Source of the DNA: Myxococcota bacterium
GTDB lineage: Bacteria; Myxococcota_A; UBA9160; UBA4427
Length of the DNA stretch: 64,000 bases
Assembly: GCA_965250285.1 (NCBI GenBank)
Contig: OZ252299.1
Coordinates: 288,001 to 352,000, forward strand
Direction of reading: 5' to 3'
In this document: positions 9,970 to 18,859 of the stretch, in pieces
How positions within the stretch are numbered: position 1 is the stretch's first letter
Layout of the letters: each line of letters starts with the position of its first letter
Made by a program: the position numbers and the translations under genes
Notes under the pieces: model-generated
Told to the model about the DNA's origin: nothing
Seen by the model: the letters and a program-made list of their open reading frames with translations, nothing else
Database searches by the model: none

Positions 9970-10680
9970 ATGTCCGCAAGGGAGAACGACCGCATCCGAT
10001 CGCTCGACGACGGGCTCTGGGTGATCGACCACGACTTCAGCGTCGGCGGGCTCGCCCTGGGCACGCGCACGACGATCATCCGGCTGGCCGACGGGGGGCT
10101 GTGGGTGCACTCGCCCGGGCCGCTCTCGAGCGCGTTGGCCGACGCAGTTCACGCCCTGGGTGACGTGACGTGTCTCGTCGCGCCGAACCTCATGCACCAT
10201 CTCTTCCTCGGCGACTGGATCGAAGCGTTCCCGGCGGCCCGCACCTTTGCCGTCGCCGGGCTCGAGCAGAAGCGGCGCGACCTGCGCCTCGATGAGACTC
10301 TGGGCTCCGAGCCGCCCGCGGCATGGAAGGGGCAGATCGAGCAGCTCTGTACGCGAGGTGTGCCGAAGCTCGATGAGGTCGATTTCTTCCACCCCGACAC
10401 TCGCACGCTCGTGCTGACCGATCTCTGCTTCAACGTACAGTCGAGTGACTCGTGGCTCACGCGCGTGGGGCTGCGCATCAACGCGGCCTGGCAGCGCTTT
10501 ACCCCGAGTCGGCTGTTCAAGTCGTTCATCAAGGATCGTGAGGCGCTGCGCTCGAGCGTCGAGCAGATCCTCGAATGGGATCTCGATCGCGTCGTATTGG
10601 CCCACGGTGACGTGCTCGAGCAGGGCGGCCGGCCGGCCCTCGCCGAGGCATACGGCTTTCTGGGGGTCTCGGCCCGCTAG
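9970..10680 (+). CDS. DUF4336 domain protein (metallo-beta-lactamase-like fold)
   Basis: GTRTTIIRLADGGLWVHSP, LVAPNLMHHLF, EVDFFHPDTRTLVLTD, DRVVLAHG. Confidence 0.85.
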   Translation: MSARENDRIRSLDDGLWVIDHDFSVGGLALGTRTTIIRLADGGLWVHSPGPLSSALADAVHALGDVTCLVAPNLMHHLFLGDWIEAFPAARTFAVAGLEQKRRDLRLDETLGSEPPAAWKGQIEQLCTRGVPKLDEVDFFHPDTRTLVLTDLCFNVQSSDSWLTRVGLRINAAWQRFTPSRLFKSFIKDREALRSSVEQILEWDLDRVVLAHGDVLEQGGRPALAEAYGFLGVSAR

Positions 10681-10941
10681 GGACCTTTGCCCAGTCCGCG
10701 GTGCCAGGGCCGGGGCAGGCGGGGGCACCGTGCTCAGACATTCTCGGCGCGATCTAGCTGGGAAGCTCGTTCGTTGCGCACGTCGCGCCTGCGAACTGCG
10801 CGCGGTCCCCCCGCCTGCCCCGGCCTCGGGACGCTTCCGTCACAGCGCAGCGCTCGCTTCGGGTGGCGTCGGCTTGGGTCGCATCGTGGCGAGAAGCGTT
10901 CGCGGCGCGTGCGTGGCGCGCGTTCTGCGGAGGCTCCCCAG
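10677..10941 (+). mobile_element. MITE-like structured repeat, copy 1
   Basis: 151-bp core (10701-10851) has 9 mismatches to the reverse complement of copy 2; imperfect terminal IRs; begins at CTAG; internal GC stem. Confidence 0.7.
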
Positions 10942-11076
10942 GCGGCGCGCTCGCGTATCCCATCCTCGCCGATTCGTGCGGCTCTCGGGCCGTTTCGGTG
11001 CAGCCGCTTGCGCCCGCGCGATGACGAACGAAGCTATGCCTCTGGCCGCGCGCGGGTTGCGGCTTCGGAGGCATCG

Positions 11077-11478
11077 ATGTCCAGCGTCTCGAACGAATCT
11101 GCGCTCGCGGCGCTCGGCGACACGCCCTACGTGAGCCTCGCCACCTGGCGCAAGAATGGCAAGGAAGTGCGCACCGCGGTGTGGGTCGCGCGCGCCGGCT
11201 CACGGCTCTACGTGTTCACCGAGGGCACGGCCGGGAAGGTGAAGCGCCTGCGCAACTCCCCCAGATCGGCGGTCGCGCCGTGCGATGTGCGCGGCAAGCT
11301 GAAGGGCGACTTCGTCGCGGCGCAGACGGTCGTCGTCGAGGATCCGACGGTCGTCGCCCGAGCCTACGAAGCGTTCCGGGCGAAGTATGGCTGGCAGGTT
11401 CGGCTGACCGACTTCATGTCGAAGCTGAGCGGTCGCTACGACAAGCGGGCGATGCTCGAGATCGAGCTCGTCGATTGA
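11077..11478 (+). CDS. PPOX-class F420-dependent oxidoreductase
   Basis: YVSLATWRKNGKEVRTAVW, GKVKRLRNSP, VAPCDVRG. Confidence 0.88.
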   Translation: MSSVSNESALAALGDTPYVSLATWRKNGKEVRTAVWVARAGSRLYVFTEGTAGKVKRLRNSPRSAVAPCDVRGKLKGDFVAAQTVVVEDPTVVARAYEAFRAKYGWQVRLTDFMSKLSGRYDKRAMLEIELVD

Positions 11479-11568
11479 TGGAAGTGATGTTCGAACCGGG
11501 CCGGGTTCGCCCCGGCTGAGCCTTCGAGCACAGAGCGAGCAAGGGTTGAACACAGAGAAGGGAACGAG

Positions 11569-12330
11569 ATGGGGATCTTCGACCTGACGGGTCGCAAGGC
11601 CGTCGTGACCGGCGGCAACGGAGGCATCGGGCTCGGGATCGCGAAGGGGCTGGCCGAGGCCGGCGCCGACATCGCGATCTGGGCGCGCAACCCCGAGAAG
11701 AGCGCGGCGGCCCAGGCCGAGATCGAGGCGCTCGGGCGTCAGTGCATCGCAGTGCAGTGCGACGTCGCCTCCGAGGAGCAGACCGCCGCCGCACTGACTC
11801 AGACGCTCGAGGCCCTGGGGCGCGTCGACATCGGCGTGGCGAACGCCGGCTTCGGTGCGCCCGGAGATCCGCTGCGCACCACACTCGATCGCTGGCGGAA
11901 GGTCACGAGCGTCGATCTCGACGGTTGCTTCCTCACGATGCGCGACATCGCGAACCACATGGTCGAACGCGGCGGCGGCGGCAAGCTGATGGCGATCTCA
12001 TCGATCACCGAGTCGATGGGGGCCCCCAACCAGGGGCACTACGCCGCGTCGAAGGCGGGCGTCAGTGCGCTCGTGCGCTCGATGGCCGTCCGGCTCGGGC
12101 GCTACGACATCCAGGTGAATTCGATCCTGCCCGGCTGGATCCTCACCGACGCGCTCGCACCCATCGAGGCGTACGCGCCGCTCAAGGACGCGGTGCTCAA
12201 GCGATCCCCGAATCGGCGCCTCGGTACGCCCGAAGATCTCGCGGGCGTGGCCGTGTATCTGGCGAGCGACGCCTCGAACTTCCACACCGGCGACAGCATT
12301 CGCGTCGATGGGGGCTATTCGATCTACTGA
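11569..12330 (+). CDS. SDR family oxidoreductase
   Basis: TGGNGGIG, NAG, YAASK. Confidence 0.93.
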   Translation: MGIFDLTGRKAVVTGGNGGIGLGIAKGLAEAGADIAIWARNPEKSAAAQAEIEALGRQCIAVQCDVASEEQTAAALTQTLEALGRVDIGVANAGFGAPGDPLRTTLDRWRKVTSVDLDGCFLTMRDIANHMVERGGGGKLMAISSITESMGAPNQGHYAASKAGVSALVRSMAVRLGRYDIQVNSILPGWILTDALAPIEAYAPLKDAVLKRSPNRRLGTPEDLAGVAVYLASDASNFHTGDSIRVDGGYSIY

Positions 12331-12344
12331 GCGCCGAGCGTCGA

Positions 12345-12749
12345 TCAGCCGTCGTCCGGCCAGCTCGTTGTATCGGTTGGCAGATCGAACCAGGCCTGTC
12401 GTGCCGCGGTCCAGAAGTGCCCGCTGGGGCGCAGCTCGGAGCGGTCGTCGAGGGTGCCGGCCTTCACGCTCAGCTCGTCGTCGCGCGTGTCGTGATGAAT
12501 GCGCACGCCACACTCGGGGCAGAACGAGCAGATCTTCTTTCGCCCACTGTCACAGTCGACCACGAACGACTTGAGCTCGCCGTGCACCAGCGAGAAGGCC
12601 GAGGTCGGCACGGCGAGGCTCATGCCGAACGCGCTGGCCGACTGCCGCTGGCAGCCGTTGCAGTGGCAGACCGAGAGGCTGATCGGCTCGCCTTCGATCG
12701 CGTAGCGCACGTACCCGCATTGGCAGCCGCCTTCGAGCGTCGGTGCCAT
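12345..12749 (-). CDS. GFA family protein (Zn-binding, glutathione-dependent formaldehyde-activating-like)
   Basis: GGCQCG, CHCNGCQR, FCPECG. Confidence 0.9.
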   Translation of the reverse strand: MAPTLEGGCQCGYVRYAIEGEPISLSVCHCNGCQRQSASAFGMSLAVPTSAFSLVHGELKSFVVDCDSGRKKICSFCPECGVRIHHDTRDDELSVKAGTLDDRSELRPSGHFWTAARQAWFDLPTDTTSWPDDG

Positions 12750-12773
12750 CTTGATGCCTCCTCGTGAGCGGGG

Positions 12774-15182
12774 TCAGGCTGCGTTCGCCGATTCGTCTTC
12801 GATGTGGCGCACGATCCCGTGATCGCCGTCGAGCTCGACGAGGTCGCCGGTGGCGAATACGTCGGTCGCGAAGCGCGTGTTGACGACGGCCGGCAGACCG
12901 TACTCGCGGGCGACCACCGCGCCGTGCGACACCGCGCTCCCGACGTCGGTGACGAGCCCCGCGATCAAGCTGAAGTAGGGCGTCCAGCCGACGTCCGTGA
13001 TCGGCGCGATCAGGATCTCACCCGGCTCGAGCGCTTCGGCTTCGGCCAGATCGCGCACCACGCGCACGCGGCCGATGACCCGACCGCGGCTGACCGGCGC
13101 GCCCGTCACGCTCCGCACGCCGCTCTGGAGCTCGGGCACCTCGGGCTGGGGGACGCCGACGAATACGTCGGGGAAGCGCAGCTGCGACTGAAGCCCGTGG
13201 GCCTCTCGCCGGACGACCGCACGCTCGGCGAGCGCCGTGTCGCCACCGATGCACTGACCGAGCTCGGCGTGGGTCAGGAAGAAGACGGCGTCGGCGTCGG
13301 GGAGCAGGCTCTCGGCGGTCATCAAGGCGCCCAGCTGGCGGTAGCCGCCCTTGAACGCCGCCGCGACCGCGACGAGCCCCGACTTGGTCTCTTCGCGCGC
13401 CCGCACGGCCTCGCGCGCGCGCGCCGTCAGCCAGCGAACGAAGCGACCCTCGGGCAGCTCGGACGCGGGCGCGGCGGCGCGGTGGGGCGAGCCGCCGCTG
13501 TCGCGCAGCCCGCGCAGCGCGACCTGCAGTGATCGGACGAGCGGCGTCGGGTCGTGGCGCCACTCGGCCTGTCGCAGCTCGAGCTCCTTGATCGCCCGGT
13601 GGCCGTGGCGATCGAGGTAGGCACCGAACGCATCGTGCGCGTCGCCCGAGGCCCGGTCGCGCAGCCACGCGAGCGCGGCGTCGACGTCGGCGTCGATGAA
13701 GCGGTCGTCGGCCTCCGGGCTTCGAAGGATCGCCTGCTCGACGCGCTCGGCCCCGGCGACGATGTCGGCGCTCTCGACGCCTTCGGCGCCTGCGAGCAGC
13801 GCGGCGGCCTGGGCCTGGTGCTCGTCGCCCGGCGTCTGGCCCCCTGCGAGCACGCCGATCAGCGTCGGTGTGAGCACGCCGGAGCTCGCCGATGAGATGA
13901 GGTGCCAGTGCATCGCCCACGCATTCAGCTCGAGCTTCGTGTCGAGATCACGCCACGCTTCGGCGGCGGTGTCGAAAGTCGGAAACTCGATCTCGCGGGC
14001 GAGCCGGGCGATCTCGCGCCGTGCCTTGCGGCGGCTGAAGAGATAGCGGCCGTAGCGCGCCGCGTTCACGAAGCGGCGGTGCAGCGGCGGCGCCGGCGGC
14101 TCCTTCATCGCGATCTCGGTCAGCGGCCGGCCGCAGATCGAGAGTGCGAGATCTTCGGTGCTCGAGCCGAGCGCGCCCCCCGACGTCTCGGCCATGGCCG
14201 ACATGTTGAGGAACAAGTGGCCCGAGTGCATGCCGACGAAGCGCATGTGAGGCGTCATCGCAGGGATCAGGCCGATCGTGCGCTGCATCATCTGCATGCC
14301 GCGATCGATTCCCCAGGCGGTGAACGAGTAGGAAAGCGGCGTGCACGCGCCCGGGAACATCTCGCCGATGTTGCAGCGCGTGTACACGTCGTCCCGGGCG
14401 AAGATCGGCGTGTCGAGCTCGTGCAGATCGGGCCCCAGCGTGGTGATCGGGCGCGCCTGCAACCAGTGGACGAGGCCGTCGGCGTCGATCGCCCACTCCA
14501 TGTCGAGGGGGTCGCCGAGCGCGCGCTCCGCGTAGAGCGCTTCTTCGACGAGTCGGTCGCGCTCGGTCGGCGAGAGTACGGGCGCGCTGCCCGCGAGCGT
14601 CTCTTCGACGATGCAGCCGGCGCGGTCGACGAGCAGGTGATCAGGTGAGGAGTGGCCACTGACCAGCGCCTCGCCCAGGCCCGCGACCGCATCGATCACG
14701 ACGTGCGCGCGTCGGTCGCTCACTGGATCGGCGGTGAAGAGGACCCCGGCGGCCCGGGCGGCGACCATCCGCTGCACCACGACGCACATGCGCGGCGCGC
14801 CCTCGCTGGCTGCGTCGGCGCCCTGGGCCTGCTGGTATGCGGCGGCGCGTGCGCTGTCGAGCGATTGGAGGCAGAGCTCGATCGCTTCGGCAACGGCCTG
14901 CTCGCCCTGCACGTCGAGTACGGTCTCGTACTGGCCTGCAAAGCTCGATTCGGCGCCGTCTTCGCCGAGGGCCGAGGACCGCACGGCCACCGGCCCGTCG
15001 CCGAGGTGGCGGAGCGCTTCGCTGAGACCCGCAGGCAGCGCGCCTGGACGCGCGTCGACGATCACGAAGCCCGGGGGCACGCGCAGGCCGGCCCGGATCA
15101 GGCGGCCGAGGCCCTCGGCCTTGCCGCCGACGGCTTCGTCGCGGATCTCTTCCAGACGCAGGATGCGAGGTTCGGGGGGGAT
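12774..15182 (-). CDS. PEP-utilising enzyme (PEP/pyruvate-binding plus phospho-His domain; rifampin phosphotransferase/PigC-like architecture)
   Basis: VGGKAEGLG..GLRVPPGF, VAVRSSA..ED..SFAGQY, WLQARPIT, SHGAVVAREYGLPAV; the start appears to be non-canonical ATC at 15182. Confidence 0.85.
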   Translation of the reverse strand: MPPEPRILRLEEIRDEAVGGKAEGLGRLIRAGLRVPPGFVIVDARPGALPAGLSEALRHLGDGPVAVRSSALGEDGAESSFAGQYETVLDVQGEQAVAEAIELCLQSLDSARAAAYQQAQGADAASEGAPRMCVVVQRMVAARAAGVLFTADPVSDRRAHVVIDAVAGLGEALVSGHSSPDHLLVDRAGCIVEETLAGSAPVLSPTERDRLVEEALYAERALGDPLDMEWAIDADGLVHWLQARPITTLGPDLHELDTPIFARDDVYTRCNIGEMFPGACTPLSYSFTAWGIDRGMQMMQRTIGLIPAMTPHMRFVGMHSGHLFLNMSAMAETSGGALGSSTEDLALSICGRPLTEIAMKEPPAPPLHRRFVNAARYGRYLFSRRKARREIARLAREIEFPTFDTAAEAWRDLDTKLELNAWAMHWHLISSASSGVLTPTLIGVLAGGQTPGDEHQAQAAALLAGAEGVESADIVAGAERVEQAILRSPEADDRFIDADVDAALAWLRDRASGDAHDAFGAYLDRHGHRAIKELELRQAEWRHDPTPLVRSLQVALRGLRDSGGSPHRAAAPASELPEGRFVRWLTARAREAVRAREETKSGLVAVAAAFKGGYRQLGALMTAESLLPDADAVFFLTHAELGQCIGGDTALAERAVVRREAHGLQSQLRFPDVFVGVPQPEVPELQSGVRSVTGAPVSRGRVIGRVRVVRDLAEAEALEPGEILIAPITDVGWTPYFSLIAGLVTDVGSAVSHGAVVAREYGLPAVVNTRFATDVFATGDLVELDGDHGIVRHIEDESANAA

Positions 15183-15347
15183 GGCGGACTCCGGTTCGGG
15201 CCCCTTGAATGCCTCAGATCCGATGCCGCCACAAGCGCTGCGAATGCCGCCCGTCGTCGATCTTCACGGGCCCTCTATGGCCGCCCCCCGAACCCGGTAG
15301 GATCGACACCCGAGTTGCGCACGGCGCAGGTCGCTCAGGGAGTCGCT

Positions 15348-16127
15348 ATGTCGGCCTACGGGCTACTCGAAGGCAAGGTCGCGCTGGTCACCGGCGGCGG
15401 GAGCGGGATCGGCCGCTCGACCGTGCAGGTCCTCGCCCGCGATGGCGCGCAGGTTGCGCTCTGCGACGTCGACGCGGAGGGCGGGCACGAGACGGTGGCG
15501 CACGTCGAAGCCGAGGGCGGCGAAGCGCTCTTCGTCGAGGCGAGCGTCGCATCGGCGGACGACATGCAGCGCTTCGTCGACGCGACGGTGTCGCGCTTCG
15601 GCGCGCTTCACTGCGCCGTCAACAACGCCGCGGCCGGCGCCGGGTTCCGGCTGCTCGAAGACATCCCCGAGGCGAGTTGGGATCGCGTGATGGACGTGAA
15701 CCTCAAGGGGGTCCACCACTGCATGAAGGCGCAGATCCCGGCGATCCTCGAAGCCGGCGGCGGTTCGATCGTCAACGTCGCTTCGGTCTCGGGCATGCGC
15801 GGCGAGGCGAGCCAGGCGGCGTACAGCGCCTCGAAGGGGGGGCTGCTCGCGTTGACGAAGACGGCCGCCGCCGAGCTCGGGCAGCGGGGCGTGCGGGTCA
15901 ACGCGGTTTGCCCGGGCGGGATTCGCACGCCTTCGATCGCCGGCTACTTCGAGCGGGTCCCCGAAGTCGAGGCAGCGACGGTCGCGACGCACGCGATGCG
16001 GCGCCTCGGTGAGCCCGAAGAGATCGCCGACGCCATCGCATGGCTGTGCTCCGAGCGGTCTTCATTCGTCACCGGACACGCGCTCGTCGTCGATGGCGGG
16101 ATCCTCGTGAATCCCCACTCGATGTGA
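15348..16127 (+). CDS. SDR family oxidoreductase
   Basis: TGGGSGIG, NNAA, YSASK. Confidence 0.93.
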   Translation: MSAYGLLEGKVALVTGGGSGIGRSTVQVLARDGAQVALCDVDAEGGHETVAHVEAEGGEALFVEASVASADDMQRFVDATVSRFGALHCAVNNAAAGAGFRLLEDIPEASWDRVMDVNLKGVHHCMKAQIPAILEAGGGSIVNVASVSGMRGEASQAAYSASKGGLLALTKTAAAELGQRGVRVNAVCPGGIRTPSIAGYFERVPEVEAATVATHAMRRLGEPEEIADAIAWLCSERSSFVTGHALVVDGGILVNPHSM

Positions 16128-16144
16128 CCCTTGCGCCGAGGGCG

Positions 16145-16687
16145 CTAGGTCTCGGGGCTGCACACGAACATCGGGATGTTGCGGTCGGTGCGCGCCTGAT
16201 AATCCTCGAAGTCGGGGTAGATCGTGAGGATGTGCGGCCAAAGCGCCTTCTTCTCCGCGTCGTCGACCTGCCGCGCGATCATCCGGCGCTTGCGCGCGCC
16301 GTCCTGGATCTCGACCTGCGGGTGCTTCTTGAGATTCCAATACCAGATCGGATGCTTCTCCATGCCGCCTTGGGAAGCGACGATGATGACGTCGTCGCCG
16401 TGGGGCAGGTAGATCAGCGGAATCGTCCGCTTCCGGCCGCTCTTCGCGCCGGTCATGGTCACGAGACAGACCGGCGCGCCACCGGGGAACGTGCCCCACA
16501 CCTTGCCGTTGGTCGCCTCGTATACGAAGACGTTCGCCTTCGACATGAACCGCATGATGGGCTTCACCCATTTCATCGAGCTCTCGGGGATCGGCTTCAC
16601 GTCGCCGCGCGCGCGGGCGACCGCGCCGGGGTCGGGCAGGTCGGCGCTGGCGGTCGAAGTTTCAGTCGGCGGGGTCGCATCGCTCAT
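16145..16687 (-). CDS. Deazaflavin (F420H2)-dependent nitroreductase/quinone reductase (Ddn family)
   Basis: [45 protein letters not shown]. Confidence 0.9.
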   Translation of the reverse strand: MSDATPPTETSTASADLPDPGAVARARGDVKPIPESSMKWVKPIMRFMSKANVFVYEATNGKVWGTFPGGAPVCLVTMTGAKSGRKRTIPLIYLPHGDDVIIVASQGGMEKHPIWYWNLKKHPQVEIQDGARKRRMIARQVDDAEKKALWPHILTIYPDFEDYQARTDRNIPMFVCSPET

Positions 16688-16866
16688 GGGGGCTCCGATC
16701 GATCGGGTGGGCTGCGCCTCCCCGGTATAGCGAAGCCGAGCGCGCGCGTGCCTCGACATGCTGCGCCCGCACGCCGAGAGCCGTCGAGCGTCGCTGCTAC
16801 CTTCGCTGTCGAGGCGCCGCGCGGCGCAGGGGCCGACGCGGCGGCCGACCACGAGAGGGCACCGAC

Positions 16867-17811
16867 ATGGGCGCGCATGCACACGCATCCCAGGTCGACG
16901 CGGTCCGCGCCTACCTGACCGACCTGCAAGATCGAATCTGCGCCGGCATCGAAGCGGCCGATGGAGAGGCGACGTTTCGCCGCGACGAGATCGAGCGGCC
17001 GGGCGGCGGTGTCTCGCGGCCGCGCGTGCTCGAAGGTGGACCGAACGTCGAGAAGGCCGCCGTCAACTTCACGCATACGACCGGCAACCAGATGCCCCCC
17101 GCGGCCACCGATCGCAGGCCCGATCTTGCGGGCGGGTCGTATCAGGCGGTGTCGGTGTCGCTGATCGTGCACCCACGCAACCCCTACGCCCCCACGTCGC
17201 ATGCGAACTTCCGTCTCTTTCACGCGACGCCGCCCGATCGCGCTGCGTCGAGCGAGCCCGTCTGGTGGTTCGGGGGCGGCTTCGACCTCACGCCCTACTA
17301 CGGCTTCGAAGAGGATGCGGTGGCCTGGCACCGCACCGCGCGCGACGCCTGCGCGGCGTTCGGCAGCGACCTCTACGCGCGCTTCAAGAAGGAGTGCGAC
17401 GACTACTTCCAGCTGCCCCATCGTGGGGAGCCCCGCGGCGTCGGCGGCGTGTTCTTCGACGACTTCACGGGCGAGGGCTTCGACCACGCCTTCGGCTTCG
17501 TACGCAGCGTCGGTGATGCCTACCTCGAGGCCTATCTGCCGATCCTCGAGAAGCGCAAGGGGACGCCCTTCGGCGACCGCGAGCGAGAGTTCCAGCTCTA
17601 TCGGCGGGGGCGCTACGTCGAGTTCAACCTGCTCTACGATCGAGGCACCAAGTTCGGTCTGCAGGCGGCGACGCGAACCGAGAGCGTGCTCGCGTCGATG
17701 CCGCCGATGGTGACGTGGCGATACGATTGGCACCCCGAGCCGGGATCGCCCGAGGAGCGCCTCTACACCGACTTCCTGCGTCCGCGTGAGTGGGCGGATC
17801 ACGACGGTTGA
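16867..17811 (+). CDS. hemF: Oxygen-dependent coproporphyrinogen III oxidase
   Basis: [53 protein letters not shown]. Confidence 0.96.
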   Translation: MGAHAHASQVDAVRAYLTDLQDRICAGIEAADGEATFRRDEIERPGGGVSRPRVLEGGPNVEKAAVNFTHTTGNQMPPAATDRRPDLAGGSYQAVSVSLIVHPRNPYAPTSHANFRLFHATPPDRAASSEPVWWFGGGFDLTPYYGFEEDAVAWHRTARDACAAFGSDLYARFKKECDDYFQLPHRGEPRGVGGVFFDDFTGEGFDHAFGFVRSVGDAYLEAYLPILEKRKGTPFGDREREFQLYRRGRYVEFNLLYDRGTKFGLQAATRTESVLASMPPMVTWRYDWHPEPGSPEERLYTDFLRPREWADHDG

Positions 17812-17827
17812 ACCGACTGCAACCGGA

Positions 17828-17859
17828 ACGAGAGCAACCAACGACGAGAGCAACCAACG
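17828..17859 (+). repeat. Perfect 16-bp tandem direct repeat
   Basis: ACGAGAGCAACCAACG x2, immediately upstream of the selenoprotein RBS. Confidence 0.85.
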
Positions 17860-17876
17860 ATAGGAGGCTGCGCCCG

Positions 17877-18215
17877 ATGGCGAAGCGTGTCGACTGGTAC
17901 TACGAGCGCAAGGGCTGAACGTCTTGTCAGCGAGCGTCCAAGTTTCTGGACGCACATGGAATCGAGGCGGCCGAGGTCGTGCCCGCGAGCCGCAAGCTCG
18001 GCAAGAGCGACGCGGCCAAGCTGGCCAAGGCCGCGAGTGAAGTGATCGTCGCGAAGGGCAAGAAGCTCGATCGCTTCAAGGGCGCATCCGCGAAGCCCGC
18101 CGATGTCGAGAAGATGCTCGGCCCGACCGGCAACCTGCGGGCCCCCTGCATTCGCAGCGGCAAGAAGATCCTCGTCGGCTTCAACGAAGAAGTCTTCGAA
18201 GAGGTGCTCGGCTGA
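17877..18215 (+). CDS. ArsC/Spx-like thioredoxin-fold selenoprotein (UxxC)
   Basis: AGGAGG RBS then ATG 17877; MAKRVDWYYERKG-TGA(17916-18)-TSCQRASKFL... continues in frame into ORF 17979..18215 (GPTGNLRAP...LVGFNEE). Confidence 0.85.
17934..17953 (+). promoter_or_regulatory. Putative bacterial SECIS hairpin
   Basis: GCGTCCA-AGTTTC-TGGACGC; 22 nt separate the UGA from the apical loop, with G at loop position 2. Confidence 0.65.
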
Positions 18216-18220
18216 GACGT

Positions 18221-18253
18221 CGCCGGGGGCGGCGCCGAGCGCCGCCCCCGGCG
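18221..18253. terminator. GC-rich hairpin between convergent genes (possible bidirectional terminator)
   Basis: Perfect 15-bp stem CGCCGGGGGCGGCGC-CGA-GCGCCGCCCCCGGCG; no U-tract. Confidence 0.5.
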
Positions 18254-18275
18254 CCATCCTCGCGGTCGAGCGGCC

Positions 18276-18830
18276 TCAGCTCGGAGCTGCCCGGCCCTGC
18301 AGCTGGAAACGAAGATCGCAGCGTCGGGCCTCGCCGCGGGTCTCGAACCCGAGCCGTTCGAGCAGCCGGATCGACGCCGTGTTCTCGGCTTCGACGAAGC
18401 ACTCGATCGTCGAAGAGCCGGCGTCGACGGCCCAGTCGATCGCCCGGTGCGCGGCCAGCGTCGCGAGCCCCCGCCCCCAGCAGCGCGGTACGAGGTGGTA
18501 CGCGAGCTCGGCGACATCGCCGAGCGCATTGAAGCCGATCGCGCCCGCGAAGGTGTCGGATGGCCGCTCGATGATCGCCCAGCGAAAGCCCGTGCCGGCC
18601 TCGGCGCGTCTCAGCCAGAAATCGAGCAGTCGGTCGCTGTCGGCCGCCGTCGTCGCCGGTAGGGCGATCGGCGCGCCGACGGCATCGATCGCCGGCCCGG
18701 AGTGACGGCACACGCGCTCGTCGCTCCACAGCTCGAACATCCCCGGCGAGTGGGCGCGCTCGAGCGCGCAGAGCCGAAGCTCCGCGCACTCGAGCAGCGG
18801 GGGCACGAACCCGGCCGAGTCGTCGTTCAC
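18276..18830 (-). CDS. GNAT family N-acetyltransferase (RimJ/RimL-like)
   Basis: AELAYHLVPRCWGRGLAT, ENTASIRLLERLGF; start estimated. Confidence 0.85.
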   Translation of the reverse strand: MNDDSAGFVPPLLECAELRLCALERAHSPGMFELWSDERVCRHSGPAIDAVGAPIALPATTAADSDRLLDFWLRRAEAGTGFRWAIIERPSDTFAGAIGFNALGDVAELAYHLVPRCWGRGLATLAAHRAIDWAVDAGSSTIECFVEAENTASIRLLERLGFETRGEARRCDLRFQLQGRAAPS

Positions 18831-18859
18831 CGCATCGAACCTCGTCGCGCCCGATCGAA

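Noticed and set aside
10677..10941. Shared peptide GAGGGTVLRHSRRD...CELRAVPPPAPASGRF in ORFs 10445..11134 and 19935..21647
   Set aside because: Only a translation of the repeated non-coding element; no proper start or RBS
17979..18215. 78-aa ORF as a stand-alone gene
   Set aside because: Lacks an RBS and the redox motif; better explained as the 3' part of the UGA-recoded gene starting at 17877
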